From an uncultured Chloroflexia bacterium (GTDB lineage: Bacteria > Chloroflexota > Limnocylindria > Limnocylindrales > CSP1-4), in the NCBI GenBank assembly GCA_963713975.1, contig OY970218.1, positions 2,592,001 through 2,656,000 on the forward strand: a stretch of DNA of 64,000 bases, written 5' to 3'. Positions 10,602-19,439 of this stretch are shown here, in pieces. The position numbers and the translations under genes were made by a program. Position 1 is the first letter of the stretch. Each line of letters starts with the position of its first letter. A model generated the notes under the pieces. That model worked only from the letters and a program-made list of their open reading frames with translations, was not told the DNA's origin and did no database searches.

Positions 10602-12112
10602 AGCTGATCGATCGCGCGTCTGTCTCGGCGGCGGTCGGCGCCCTCGACCTCGAGGATCTTGCCGCCCGGCGGTGGTACGCCGCCAAGGGCACGGTGCCCA
10701 TCTCGGCGCGCCTGGCGCACGCGTTCCTGCTCGCCCCCGACGCGGCCCTGGCCCTCGTGGACCTGGCGGTGGGGGAGGCGGGCGATGGGAACGCCCGGCG
10801 CGACCGGTACGCGATCCCATTCGTGGTCCGCCGCGGCTCCGTGCGCGAGGCGGTCGAAGGCGACGGTGCCTGGCGAGCCCTCGCCGTCGCCATCGCCGAG
10901 GGTCACACCATCGGGGCCCTCGAGCGTGTTGGCGAGACGGGAGCGCCCGATGCCGCCCTGGTCTGCCGTCCGGCTCCGGGATTCGGGCCGGCCTGGGCTG
11001 CGGACGCGGCAGGGGGCGAGTACGCGGCAGGGGGCGAGGAGGGGACGTTCGGGCCCCTTGCCGAGGCGGAGGAGACGGCCCTCGGTCGCGACCAGTCGAA
11101 CACGTCGGCAGTCATCGGCGGCCGCCTGCTGGTGAAGGCCTATCGACGGCTCCAGCCCGGGCTCAACCCGGACCTTGAGCTGACCGCCTACCTGTCGGAG
11201 GAGGTGGGCTTTCCCGGCGTACCGCGGCTCGCCGGTTGGGCCGAGGCGGTGACGCGCGACGGAGGCGTGGCCACCGTGGCCATGCTCCAGGCCTTCGTCC
11301 GGGATGCCGACGACCTCTACGAGCAGACCGCCGAGCAGCTGGCGGAGCTCGTGGCGGCTCCGGGCGCCGTGTCCCTGGAATGGGCGACCGAGGTTGCGGC
11401 TGATCTCGGGATCCTCGTTGCCGGGCTGCACGCCGCCCTGGCCACGCCACCCGCGGAGGCGCCGGACCTCGCTCCCCGGGACGCCACCCACGACGAGCTC
11501 AAGGCCTGGCGGCACGACGCCCACCGCCAGCTCAACCTTGCGATCTCGGCCGTGACGGCCGTGGATCCGGTCGCCGGTGCAGAGCTCCGGGACGAGGCCG
11601 CCGCGATCGCCTCCCGCTTCTCCCGGTTCGAGGCCGTGGCGACCACCCCACGGCTGATGAGGATCCACGCGGACCTGCACCTGGGCCAGATCCTGGTGGC
11701 GGACGATGGCTATCGCGTCATCGACTTCGAGGGCGAGCCGCTGCGCCCGATCGATGAGCGCCGGCGCCCGGACTCCCCGCTGCGGGACGTGGCGTCCCTG
11801 CTGCGCTCGCTGGACCACGTGGCGCGCAGCGCACGACGGAGGGCCGAACGGCGCGCGGGCGGTCCGATCGAGGAGCCCGGGCTGGACGTCGAGGCATGGA
11901 TCGAGCGGGCCCGGGCCCGCTTCCTCGAGGCGTACGCGGATGGCCTGCGGCGCGCCGGTGCACCGATCGCGCTGGACCTGGACCTGCTCGACGCGTTCGA
12001 GGTGGCCAAGGAGGCCTACGAGTTCGTGTACGCGGCCACGGTGCTCCCGTCATGGCTCTGGGCCGCGAGGGAGGGGATGCGCTGGCTGCTGGCGCACGGC
12101 GAGCCAGGCTGA
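10598..12112 (+). CDS. Maltokinase (Mak/Pep2)-like phosphotransferase
   Basis: RRWYAAKG, DQSNTS, RIHADLHLGQIL, IDFEGEP, DVASLLRS and KEAYE motifs. The start is non-canonical and uncertain. Confidence 0.8.
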   Translation: MKLIDRASVSAAVGALDLEDLAARRWYAAKGTVPISARLAHAFLLAPDAALALVDLAVGEAGDGNARRDRYAIPFVVRRGSVREAVEGDGAWRALAVAIAEGHTIGALERVGETGAPDAALVCRPAPGFGPAWAADAAGGEYAAGGEEGTFGPLAEAEETALGRDQSNTSAVIGGRLLVKAYRRLQPGLNPDLELTAYLSEEVGFPGVPRLAGWAEAVTRDGGVATVAMLQAFVRDADDLYEQTAEQLAELVAAPGAVSLEWATEVAADLGILVAGLHAALATPPAEAPDLAPRDATHDELKAWRHDAHRQLNLAISAVTAVDPVAGAELRDEAAAIASRFSRFEAVATTPRLMRIHADLHLGQILVADDGYRVIDFEGEPLRPIDERRRPDSPLRDVASLLRSLDHVARSARRRAERRAGGPIEEPGLDVEAWIERARARFLEAYADGLRRAGAPIALDLDLLDAFEVAKEAYEFVYAATVLPSWLWAAREGMRWLLAHGEPG

Positions 12113-12154
12113 CGCCGGGCGGGGCCGCCGCGTCCGGCAGGGGCCCGCGTCGGG

Positions 12155-14140
12155 CTACGCGATACCGAGCAGCCTCGCCAGGACCACGCCCACGCCCAGA
12201 GCCAGGACCAGGGACCCGATCGCGATCCCGGCGGCAGCCCGGGTTCCGAGCTCGCCACGGAGCGCCGCCAGTGTGGCAAGGCAGGGGATGGAGATGCTGG
12301 AGACGACCGCAAACACGAACAGCTGCTGCGGCGTCATCAGGTCGCCCAGCGCAGCCTGGTGGCCGAGCTGGACCGCGGCGAACACGAGCAGCAGCTGGAG
12401 CGCGAGCTCCTTGCGCAGGAACGCGAACATGAGCGCGACGCCGGCGATGGCCGGCAGGCCGAGGGATGCCTCGAAGGCAGGACCGATCATGACGGCCACG
12501 TCCTGCCACAGCCCGGTCTCGTAGATGACGCCCAGGACGAGCGACCCGACGAGCATGATCGGGGTTGCGGTCAGCACGAACGCCCGAAAGCGCCACCAGG
12601 CCTTGCGCCCGACGTGCGAGAGGATGGGTGCCCGCAGCGGGGCCAGCTCCAGCACGAGCGACGGCTGGCGCCCCGGGATCATGGCATTCGCGCCGAGGCC
12701 GGCGGCGACGGTGGCGACGCCGATCAGGACGAAGGCCCCGATGGCAGCCGGGATCCCCGCGAACGGCGCGAGGGCCGCGATCACGACCGCGGACCTCGCC
12801 GAGCAGGGGGTCAAGGTGACCAGGAAGGATGCGAGGACGCGTTCCCGGCGCGTGCGCAGGACGCGAGTGCCATAGATGGCCGGGACGTTGCATCCGGCCG
12901 CCGCCAGCAGCGGGATCGCCGTTCGGCCGGGGAGGCCCAGCGCGCCGAACACCCGGTCCATGAGCACGGCGGCGCTGGTCAGGTAGCCGGAATCCTCGAG
13001 TGCCGCCAGCAGCAGGTAGAACGTGAGCACGTACGGGATGCCCACGGCCAGCATCCCGAGGATGCCTCCGTCGAGTGCCCAGAGCGCGGAGTTCGCCACG
13101 ACGGGAACCGGGATGATCGCCGGAACCGCAGTGGCCAGGAAGGGCGACACCACGCCCGCCCACATGGTGCCCAGGGCCGCCGCCAGCCAACCCCCCACGA
13201 GGATGACGGTGGCGAACATGGCGAGGCTGATCGCGATGAACGCCGGGATCCCGGGCCACGGGGTCGTCGCCCACCGGGCGAGCCGGTCGACCACGGGCTC
13301 CGTGACGTCGTGTCGCCGTTCCACCCGCCCTGCCCAGCGCGTCGAGACGGCCCAGCGGACGGGCTCGAGGGTGGATGCCAGCCGGATGGACGCTCCGCCC
13401 CGGGGCGAGACGAGCCCGGCGAGCACCCCGACGTGGAGGGGATCGAGGGCTGCGGCTGCGCCCAGCGAGCGGGGCTCCGCGGCGAGGAGGGCGGCCTCCC
13501 GCGCCAGCCGTTGCTCCAGGGAGAAGTCATACAGGGGTGCGGGAATGGTCGCCCTGGACGATGCTCCGCCGGTCCGGAACTCGCGACGGACGGCCGCCAG
13601 GCGGACGGCATCGGCGAGGGCGGCGTCCACGCCTTCACCGGTTCGCCCACACGTCGCGTGCGCCGGGGCATTCAACAGCTGGCCCAGGCGTCCGGCGTCC
13701 ACGGTGATGCCGCGGCGTGCAGCCTCGTCGGTGAGGTTTGCCGCCAGCACCACCGGCAGGCCGAGGTCCCGGCAGGCCAGCGCGAGCGGCAGGTGTCGAG
13801 GGAGGTTCCCCGCATCGGCCACGATCAGGATCGCGTCGGGGGCGGCCTCGAACAGGAGGGTCCAGAACGGCTCGTCGCCAGCCGGCGCATCATCCATGGC
13901 GCGAGTCCCGGGCAGGTCCACCAGCCACGCCTTCCGGTTGCCGGCCGTGACCAGGCGGCGTTCAAGGGTGACAGTGGTCCCGGGCGCGTTCGCAGTCTCG
14001 ACGAAGCGGCGGCTCGCACGGGCGAGGAACGTGGACTTGCCGACGTTGGGCCGGCCGACCAGGGCCACGACGGGCAGCCGGCCCGCATCGGCATCAGGCT
14101 GGACGCCAAGGGTCACCGGATGGACTGCCACAGTGGCCAT
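12155..14140 (-). CDS. feoB: Ferrous iron transporter FeoB
   Basis: GRPNVGKS, NAPGTTV and DLPG GTPase motifs, plus LEDSGY, GCNVPA, PCSAR and FLRKE in the membrane domain. Confidence 0.93.
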   Translation of the reverse strand: MATVAVHPVTLGVQPDADAGRLPVVALVGRPNVGKSTFLARASRRFVETANAPGTTVTLERRLVTAGNRKAWLVDLPGTRAMDDAPAGDEPFWTLLFEAAPDAILIVADAGNLPRHLPLALACRDLGLPVVLAANLTDEAARRGITVDAGRLGQLLNAPAHATCGRTGEGVDAALADAVRLAAVRREFRTGGASSRATIPAPLYDFSLEQRLAREAALLAAEPRSLGAAAALDPLHVGVLAGLVSPRGGASIRLASTLEPVRWAVSTRWAGRVERRHDVTEPVVDRLARWATTPWPGIPAFIAISLAMFATVILVGGWLAAALGTMWAGVVSPFLATAVPAIIPVPVVANSALWALDGGILGMLAVGIPYVLTFYLLLAALEDSGYLTSAAVLMDRVFGALGLPGRTAIPLLAAAGCNVPAIYGTRVLRTRRERVLASFLVTLTPCSARSAVVIAALAPFAGIPAAIGAFVLIGVATVAAGLGANAMIPGRQPSLVLELAPLRAPILSHVGRKAWWRFRAFVLTATPIMLVGSLVLGVIYETGLWQDVAVMIGPAFEASLGLPAIAGVALMFAFLRKELALQLLLVFAAVQLGHQAALGDLMTPQQLFVFAVVSSISIPCLATLAALRGELGTRAAAGIAIGSLVLALGVGVVLARLLGIA

Positions 14141-14412
14141 CACGCCGTCTCCGTCCCGCCGGGGAAGGGGAGGGTCCCGACCTGGGCGGCCGTAGCGGCC
14201 GACAAGGCGAGGCGCACACGTCCGAGCTCCACGACGACCGGGCCGCCGAAGGGAGTCCGCGCCGTCACGACCACGACGCTGCCGGGGAGGATTCCCTCCC
14301 GCCCGAGATTCTCGCGATCCGGTCCCTCGACGGATGCGACCACGCGGCGCCAGCCCACGGCGACTAGGGAGAGCGGGATGGACGTGGTGGCAGGGCGGGA
14401 CGACTGGCTCAT
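14140..14412 (-). CDS. feoA: FeoA family protein
   Basis: LGREGILPGS...TPFGGPVVVELG SH3-like pattern. Its stop overlaps the feoB start (TGATG). Confidence 0.88.
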   Translation of the reverse strand: MSQSSRPATTSIPLSLVAVGWRRVVASVEGPDRENLGREGILPGSVVVVTARTPFGGPVVVELGRVRLALSAATAAQVGTLPFPGGTETA

Positions 14413-14672
14413 GGGTGAGAGTCAGTCACATCAGGTAGGGTTGATGACAGGGACCAAGGGCACCTGAATCTGAGGACCCCATGGCCCGGTCGGCCCTCTT
14501 GGGCCGTGCGGCTCGTCCCATATTGGGGTGATCGGCGGGCGAAATACCAAGGTTCGGGCCCTCATGGCGGCGCCACGTCACAGCCCCAAACGGGCCGGAT
14601 GGAACACAACCGGGGCCGGACGGCCCTCCCGGGCCCTCACCGATCCACCCGTAGCATGGGGTCATATTCGAA

Positions 14673-14699
14673 GGGTTTGGGAGATTTGGGAGGTTTCGC
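14673..14699 (+). promoter_or_regulatory. Three 9-bp direct repeats upstream of the HTH regulator; candidate operator
   Basis: GGGTTTGGG AGATTTGGG AGGTTTCGC, unusually T-rich for this DNA. A TAGCAT -10-like hexamer lies at 14652. Confidence 0.4.
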
Positions 14700-14705
14700 G
14701 TCCCG

Positions 14706-15422
14706 ATGGCCATGCGGGCTGGCACCAAGGACCCGGATTGGGTCTCGCTGACCGAGGCTTGTCGCCTGCTCGGCGTCTCCCCGTCCTCCATCCGCCGTTG
14801 GGCCGACAGCGGCATGGTCCGGACCTTCGTCACCCCCGGCGGGCACCGCCGCTTCTCCCGCGCGGGCCTCGCGTCTCTCCTGCCCGATCGCCCCACCGGC
14901 CACCCGTCCCTCGCGGATCTTGGTGAGACGCCGGACCGGATGGCGCGCGGCTACCGTCGCGCTTCCGACGATGGGGCGGGCCGGATCCCCTGGGTCGCGG
15001 AGCTGGACGATACCCACCGCGCGCGCTTCCGGACCTATGGCCGCGCCATCGTGACCTCGCTCGTGGCCGCCCTGGACGCCGCGGACCCGCGGTTGAGGGC
15101 CGACCGCCTCCGCGAGGCGGACGATGCCTGCGCCGAGTACGGCCGCGTCGCCGGTCGCGAAGGCCTGGGCGTCTCGATGACGGCCGACCTGTTCCTGCGC
15201 TTCCGCCGCCCGTTCCTTGCGGAGCTTGGCTCGCTCGCCAGGCGCCGCGAGCTTGACGCGGCCGCTACAGCCTCGCTCATGGACGACGCCAACGGCGCTC
15301 TCGACGGCCTGCTGCTCGCCACCCTGCGAGGGTGGGAATCGGCGGGCCACGGCGTCGGCCGAGCCGCCCCGGCGCCAGAGTCCCCAGCGTCCCCAGCGTC
15401 CCATGCGTCCCCAGCGTCCTGA
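14706..15422 (+). CDS. Excisionase/MerR-like HTH regulator with an all-helical C-terminal sensor-like domain
   Basis: WVSLTEACRLLGVSPSSIRRWADSG...TPGGHRRF. Confidence 0.85.
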   Translation: MAMRAGTKDPDWVSLTEACRLLGVSPSSIRRWADSGMVRTFVTPGGHRRFSRAGLASLLPDRPTGHPSLADLGETPDRMARGYRRASDDGAGRIPWVAELDDTHRARFRTYGRAIVTSLVAALDAADPRLRADRLREADDACAEYGRVAGREGLGVSMTADLFLRFRRPFLAELGSLARRRELDAAATASLMDDANGALDGLLLATLRGWESAGHGVGRAAPAPESPASPASHASPAS

Positions 15423-15441
15423 CCGCCACCCGGAGCCCATC

Positions 15442-16659
15442 GTGACCGACCACCGTGCCAACCTCGGGCTGATCGCGCTCGTCACCCACGCCCGGTCCGT
15501 CCCCAGCGAGGATCGCGAGGCGTTCGGCGACGCCGCAGCAGCCATCGCCGGCGACCCGCGCACCATCCTGCTGCGAACGTGTCACAGGGTGGAGCTGTAT
15601 GGCGCCGACGACCCCACCGCGGGCCATCCACCGCTCGACCTGCCGGCGCTGCCGGCCGGCGGACGACGTCTCGAGGGGCTGGGCGTTGCCCGCCATGTCT
15701 TCTCGGTCGCTGCCGGCATGGACAGCGTGGTCGTGGGCGAGGACCAGATCCTCCACCAGCTCCGCGAGTGCCTCTCGGACCGTCACGTCCCAGGCGCCGC
15801 GCGATGCCCGGTGGATATCGGCTCCCGGGATCCGCGGGCGACCCGCCTGGACCCGGTCCTGGAACGGCTGTTCCAGGTCGCGCTGCACCTCGGTCGCGAG
15901 ACTCGATCCTGGCGCGAGGGACCCCCGCGCTCGCTGGCAGATGTCGCGCTTGACCGGGTTGTGCCGGTGACCGGTCCGCTCCTGGGCAAGCGCGTGCTCG
16001 TGGTAGGGGCCGGGCGCATGGCGCGTCTCAACGCCCTCGCGGCGGCCCGCCAGGGTGCCCGTGTCCTCGTGGCCAACCGCAGCAGCGACCGCGCGGCCGC
16101 CCTCGCCTACGACGCGAACGGCGAGCCCGCCGCCTTCGGACTTGAGGCTCCGCTCCCGGACGTCGATGCGGTGATCCTGGCGATCTCCGGACGCTGGCCC
16201 CTCTCCGACACGGCCCGTGCCGACCTGTTGAAGGGCGAGCAGCCCGTGGTGGACCTGAGCTCGCCCCCGGCGATCGATACGGACCTCCGGGCGGCCCTCG
16301 GGCCGCGCTTCACCTCTGTGGACGACCTTGCCCGCAGCCCCCAGGACGCACTCCGCAAGCGCCTGCGCACCCGGTTCGAACGCACGCTGGATGATGCCGA
16401 GCAGAGCCTGGTTGCCTGGATCCGCACCCGCGACAGCGTCCCGGCCATCCAGGCCCTCAGCGATCACGCGGAAGCCCGCCGCGCAGAGGAGCTGGACCGC
16501 CTTTTCCGGCGCCTGCAGCTCGAGGAGCATGAGCGGGAGCTTGTGGAGCAGATGAGTCACCGCCTGGTCGCGGGCCTCCTGCACGCCCCTCTGGTCACGC
16601 TCCGCGAGGACGGCACGGGCGACGCCGAGCGCGCCGCGCGCACCCTCTTCTCCCTCTAG
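15442..16659 (+). CDS. hemA: Glutamyl-tRNA reductase
   Basis: RTCHRVELY, GMDSVVVGEDQI, VVGAGRMA, VANRS and LLHAP motifs. First enzyme gene of the haem cluster. Confidence 0.9.
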   Translation: MTDHRANLGLIALVTHARSVPSEDREAFGDAAAAIAGDPRTILLRTCHRVELYGADDPTAGHPPLDLPALPAGGRRLEGLGVARHVFSVAAGMDSVVVGEDQILHQLRECLSDRHVPGAARCPVDIGSRDPRATRLDPVLERLFQVALHLGRETRSWREGPPRSLADVALDRVVPVTGPLLGKRVLVVGAGRMARLNALAAARQGARVLVANRSSDRAAALAYDANGEPAAFGLEAPLPDVDAVILAISGRWPLSDTARADLLKGEQPVVDLSSPPAIDTDLRAALGPRFTSVDDLARSPQDALRKRLRTRFERTLDDAEQSLVAWIRTRDSVPAIQALSDHAEARRAEELDRLFRRLQLEEHERELVEQMSHRLVAGLLHAPLVTLREDGTGDAERAARTLFSL

Positions 16660-16671
16660 GCGGTGACCACG

Positions 16672-18396
16672 ATGACGCGAACGCTCCGCATCGGGACGCG
16701 CGGCAGCGCCCTGGCCCTCGTCCAGGCCAACTGGGTCGCCGCCCGCCTCGCCGAGCTCGACATCCCGACGGACATCGTCATCATCCGGACCGAGGGCGAT
16801 GATCGCCCGGTCGACACGGCCTGGGGCGAGGGCGCCTTCGTCGGCCGGATCGTGGCTGCGCTGCTCGACGGCTCCGTGGACCTGGCCGTTCACTCCGCGA
16901 AGGACGTGCCCACGGACGAACACCCGCTCCTGACGATCGCCGCCTACCCGCCCCGCGAGGACCCGCGTGACGCGCTCGTGTGCCGGGAGCGGGGGACGAC
17001 CCTCGCCACGCTCCCGATCGGCGCCAGGGTCGGCACGGACAGCCCGCGCCGGGTCGCGTTCCTGCGGACCGCACGCCCGGATCTCGAGATGCACCCGCTC
17101 CACGGGAACGTGGACACGCGGCTGGCGAAGCTGGATCGCGGGGACTCCGACGCGCTGGTCCTGGCCGTCGCCGGCCTCACGCGCCTGGGCCGAGCGGACC
17201 GCATCGACGACATCCTCCCGCTCGAGCTCGTGCCGTCCGCGCCCGGGCAGGGCTCCCTCGCGCTCCAGGTGCGGGTCGATGACGCCGAGGCGATCGGGGC
17301 CGTTGGCCGGCTCGACGATCGGCCGACCCGGGTCGCCGTGGAGGCCGAGCGGGCCCTGCTGAACGGGACCGGCGGGGGATGCCGCTCACCGATCGGTGCC
17401 GTGGGCCGAGTGACCGGCAGCACCCTGGACCTCGTGGCCGCCGCCGAACGGGCGTGGCAGCCCGAGCACGAGGCGACGATCGCGTGCGCCCCCGTCGTCC
17501 GGGTTCGCGGCACCGCTGACAGCGAGGACCGGCGCGAGCTCGCGCTCCGTCTCGCCGCGCGCGTCGTCACGCTGCGCGCGCGGCCGCGGGCGCTGGTGGC
17601 ACGCCCGGCCGGTCAGGCCGGGCCGCTGCTCGCCGCGCTCGCCGCTAGCGGCGTGGATGTCGTCCACGTCCCGGCGATCGAGATCCGTCCCACCCCCGCC
17701 GGCGGGGAGCTGGACGAGGCGATCCTCGCGACCGGCCCAGGCGCCGTCGTCGTCGCCACGAGCGTCAACGCGGCGACGGCGATCCTGGGGGCACTGGGGC
17801 GGACCGGCTCGGAGCCCGCGTCTTATCGTTGGGCGGCCGTGGGCGATGCCACCGCCGCCGTCCTCCGCGAGGCAGGGGTCGCGGACGTCTTCGTCCCGAC
17901 GGTGGCCGATGGCGCCACGCTCGCCGCGGAGATGCCGCTCTCCCCTGGCGACCGCGTGCTCCTGCCCCGCGCCGACATCGCGGACCATACCCTGCCGGCG
18001 GCCCTGCGCGGCCGCGGCGCCGGCGTCGGCGAGGTCGTCGCCTATGTGACCGCCGAAGCGCCCGAGGCGTCCCGGCCCATGCTCGCCGCGGCCCTGGACG
18101 ACGGGCATCCCGACGTGCTCGTCCTGACCAGCGGCTCCACCGTGCGCGGGCTCCTGGCCCTCGCCTCGGGCGGCGCGCACGCCTGTCTCCTGGCCACGCC
18201 CGTCGTGGCCGTCGGGGCCCAGACCGCCGCCGCCGCGCGGGAAGCGGGGTTCCGCCAGGTCCTCGTCGCCCCCGCGCCCGACGCCGACTCCCTCGCAGCC
18301 TTCACCGCCGCCGCCCTGGGCGTGCCCGCCGAGTCGTCAGACCCCGAAATCCAACGCGACCTGGATCCCTCACCCGCCCCCGGAGGAGCCCGATGA
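16672..18396 (+). CDS. hemC: Hydroxymethylbilane synthase fused to uroporphyrinogen-III synthase (HemC-HemD)
   Basis: IGTRGSALA, VHSAKDVP, GNVDTRL and GGCRSPIG, followed by HemD-like ATSVNA, AAVGDAT, TSGSTV and VGAQTA. Alternative start at 16663. Confidence 0.92.
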   Translation: MTRTLRIGTRGSALALVQANWVAARLAELDIPTDIVIIRTEGDDRPVDTAWGEGAFVGRIVAALLDGSVDLAVHSAKDVPTDEHPLLTIAAYPPREDPRDALVCRERGTTLATLPIGARVGTDSPRRVAFLRTARPDLEMHPLHGNVDTRLAKLDRGDSDALVLAVAGLTRLGRADRIDDILPLELVPSAPGQGSLALQVRVDDAEAIGAVGRLDDRPTRVAVEAERALLNGTGGGCRSPIGAVGRVTGSTLDLVAAAERAWQPEHEATIACAPVVRVRGTADSEDRRELALRLAARVVTLRARPRALVARPAGQAGPLLAALAASGVDVVHVPAIEIRPTPAGGELDEAILATGPGAVVVATSVNAATAILGALGRTGSEPASYRWAAVGDATAAVLREAGVADVFVPTVADGATLAAEMPLSPGDRVLLPRADIADHTLPAALRGRGAGVGEVVAYVTAEAPEASRPMLAAALDDGHPDVLVLTSGSTVRGLLALASGGAHACLLATPVVAVGAQTAAAAREAGFRQVLVAPAPDADSLAAFTAAALGVPAESSDPEIQRDLDPSPAPGGAR

Positions 18397-19439
18397 GCCT
18401 CGCCCTCGACCGCCCGTCATCCGTGACCGAGCCGGGGGGCCCGGGCGCGGTGTCCGTCCCCGACCCCGCGCACCGTCTGCGACGGACCCGCCGGACCGCT
18501 GCCCTGCGCGAGCTGGTGCGCGAGACCCGGATCCACCCACGCCAGCTCGTCGCCCCGATGTTCGTGACCCCGGGGCGCGAGGGCCGCGAGCCCGTCGGCT
18601 CGATGCCGGGCGTGATGCGCGTGACACCGGACGAGGCGGAGAAGGACGCGCGAGCGCTCCAGGCACTGGGCGTGGGTGGCGTGATCCTGTTCGGCCTGCC
18701 GGCCGACAAGGACGCCATCGGCACCGGCGGCTGGGTGGCGGACGGGATCGTCCAGGAGACGCTGCGCCGGTTCCGGGACGCGGACCTGGACCTCGTGCTG
18801 ATCGCCGACACCTGCCTGTGCGAGTACACGGACCACGGGCACTGCGGCCCCGTGCTCGAGGACGGGCGGGTGGACAACGACGCCAGCATCGAGCTGTTTG
18901 CCACGACGGCGGCCTCGCAGGCAGAGGCCGGCGCCGACATCGTGGCGCCCAGCGGCATGATGGACGGTCAGGTCGCCGCGATCCGCCGGGGCCTCGACGC
19001 CACCGGCCACCATGACACCGCGATCCTCGCCTACGCCGCCAAGACCGCATCAGCCTTCTACGGGCCGTTCCGCGACGCGGCGGGCTCTGCCCCGTCCTTC
19101 GGCGACCGCCGGGGCTACCAGATGGACCCGGCCAACGCCCGGGAGGCCATGCGCGAGATCGCCGTGGACATCGCCGAGGGCGCGGACATGCTGCTGGTCA
19201 AGCCGGCGCTGCCGTCGCTGGACATCCTCGCCGCCGCCCGCGCGCGGTACGACGTACCCATCGGTGCCTACCAGGTGAGCGGCGAGTACGCGTCCATCGA
19301 GGCCGCCGCGCAGCGCGGATGGCTGGACCGCCGCCGGGCGCTGACCGAGAGCACGGTCTCCATCCTGCGCGCCGGGGCCGGGTTCGTGATCACCTACGCC
19401 GCCGTGGACCTCGCGGCCTGGGCACGGGAGGGCCGCTGA
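18393..19439 (+). CDS. hemB: Porphobilinogen synthase (Zn-type)
   Basis: DTCLCEYTDHGHCG, APSGMMDG, FYGPFRDA, VKPA and YQVSGEY motifs. Confidence 0.96.
   Translation: MSLALDRPSSVTEPGGPGAVSVPDPAHRLRRTRRTAALRELVRETRIHPRQLVAPMFVTPGREGREPVGSMPGVMRVTPDEAEKDARALQALGVGGVILFGLPADKDAIGTGGWVADGIVQETLRRFRDADLDLVLIADTCLCEYTDHGHCGPVLEDGRVDNDASIELFATTAASQAEAGADIVAPSGMMDGQVAAIRRGLDATGHHDTAILAYAAKTASAFYGPFRDAAGSAPSFGDRRGYQMDPANAREAMREIAVDIAEGADMLLVKPALPSLDILAAARARYDVPIGAYQVSGEYASIEAAAQRGWLDRRRALTESTVSILRAGAGFVITYAAVDLAAWAREGR

Noticed and set aside
14425-14449. Possible DtxR/IdeR or FNR box upstream of feoA (CATCA-N8-TGATG)
   Set aside because: Only about half the IdeR consensus positions match and the FNR spacing is wrong, so it is too weak to call.
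9081-15420. Short duplications (12-bp at ~9084, 18-bp at ~11006, 9-bp SPA repeats at ~15381)
   Set aside because: Two to four copies in linkers or spacers, consistent with ordinary slippage and no evident function.
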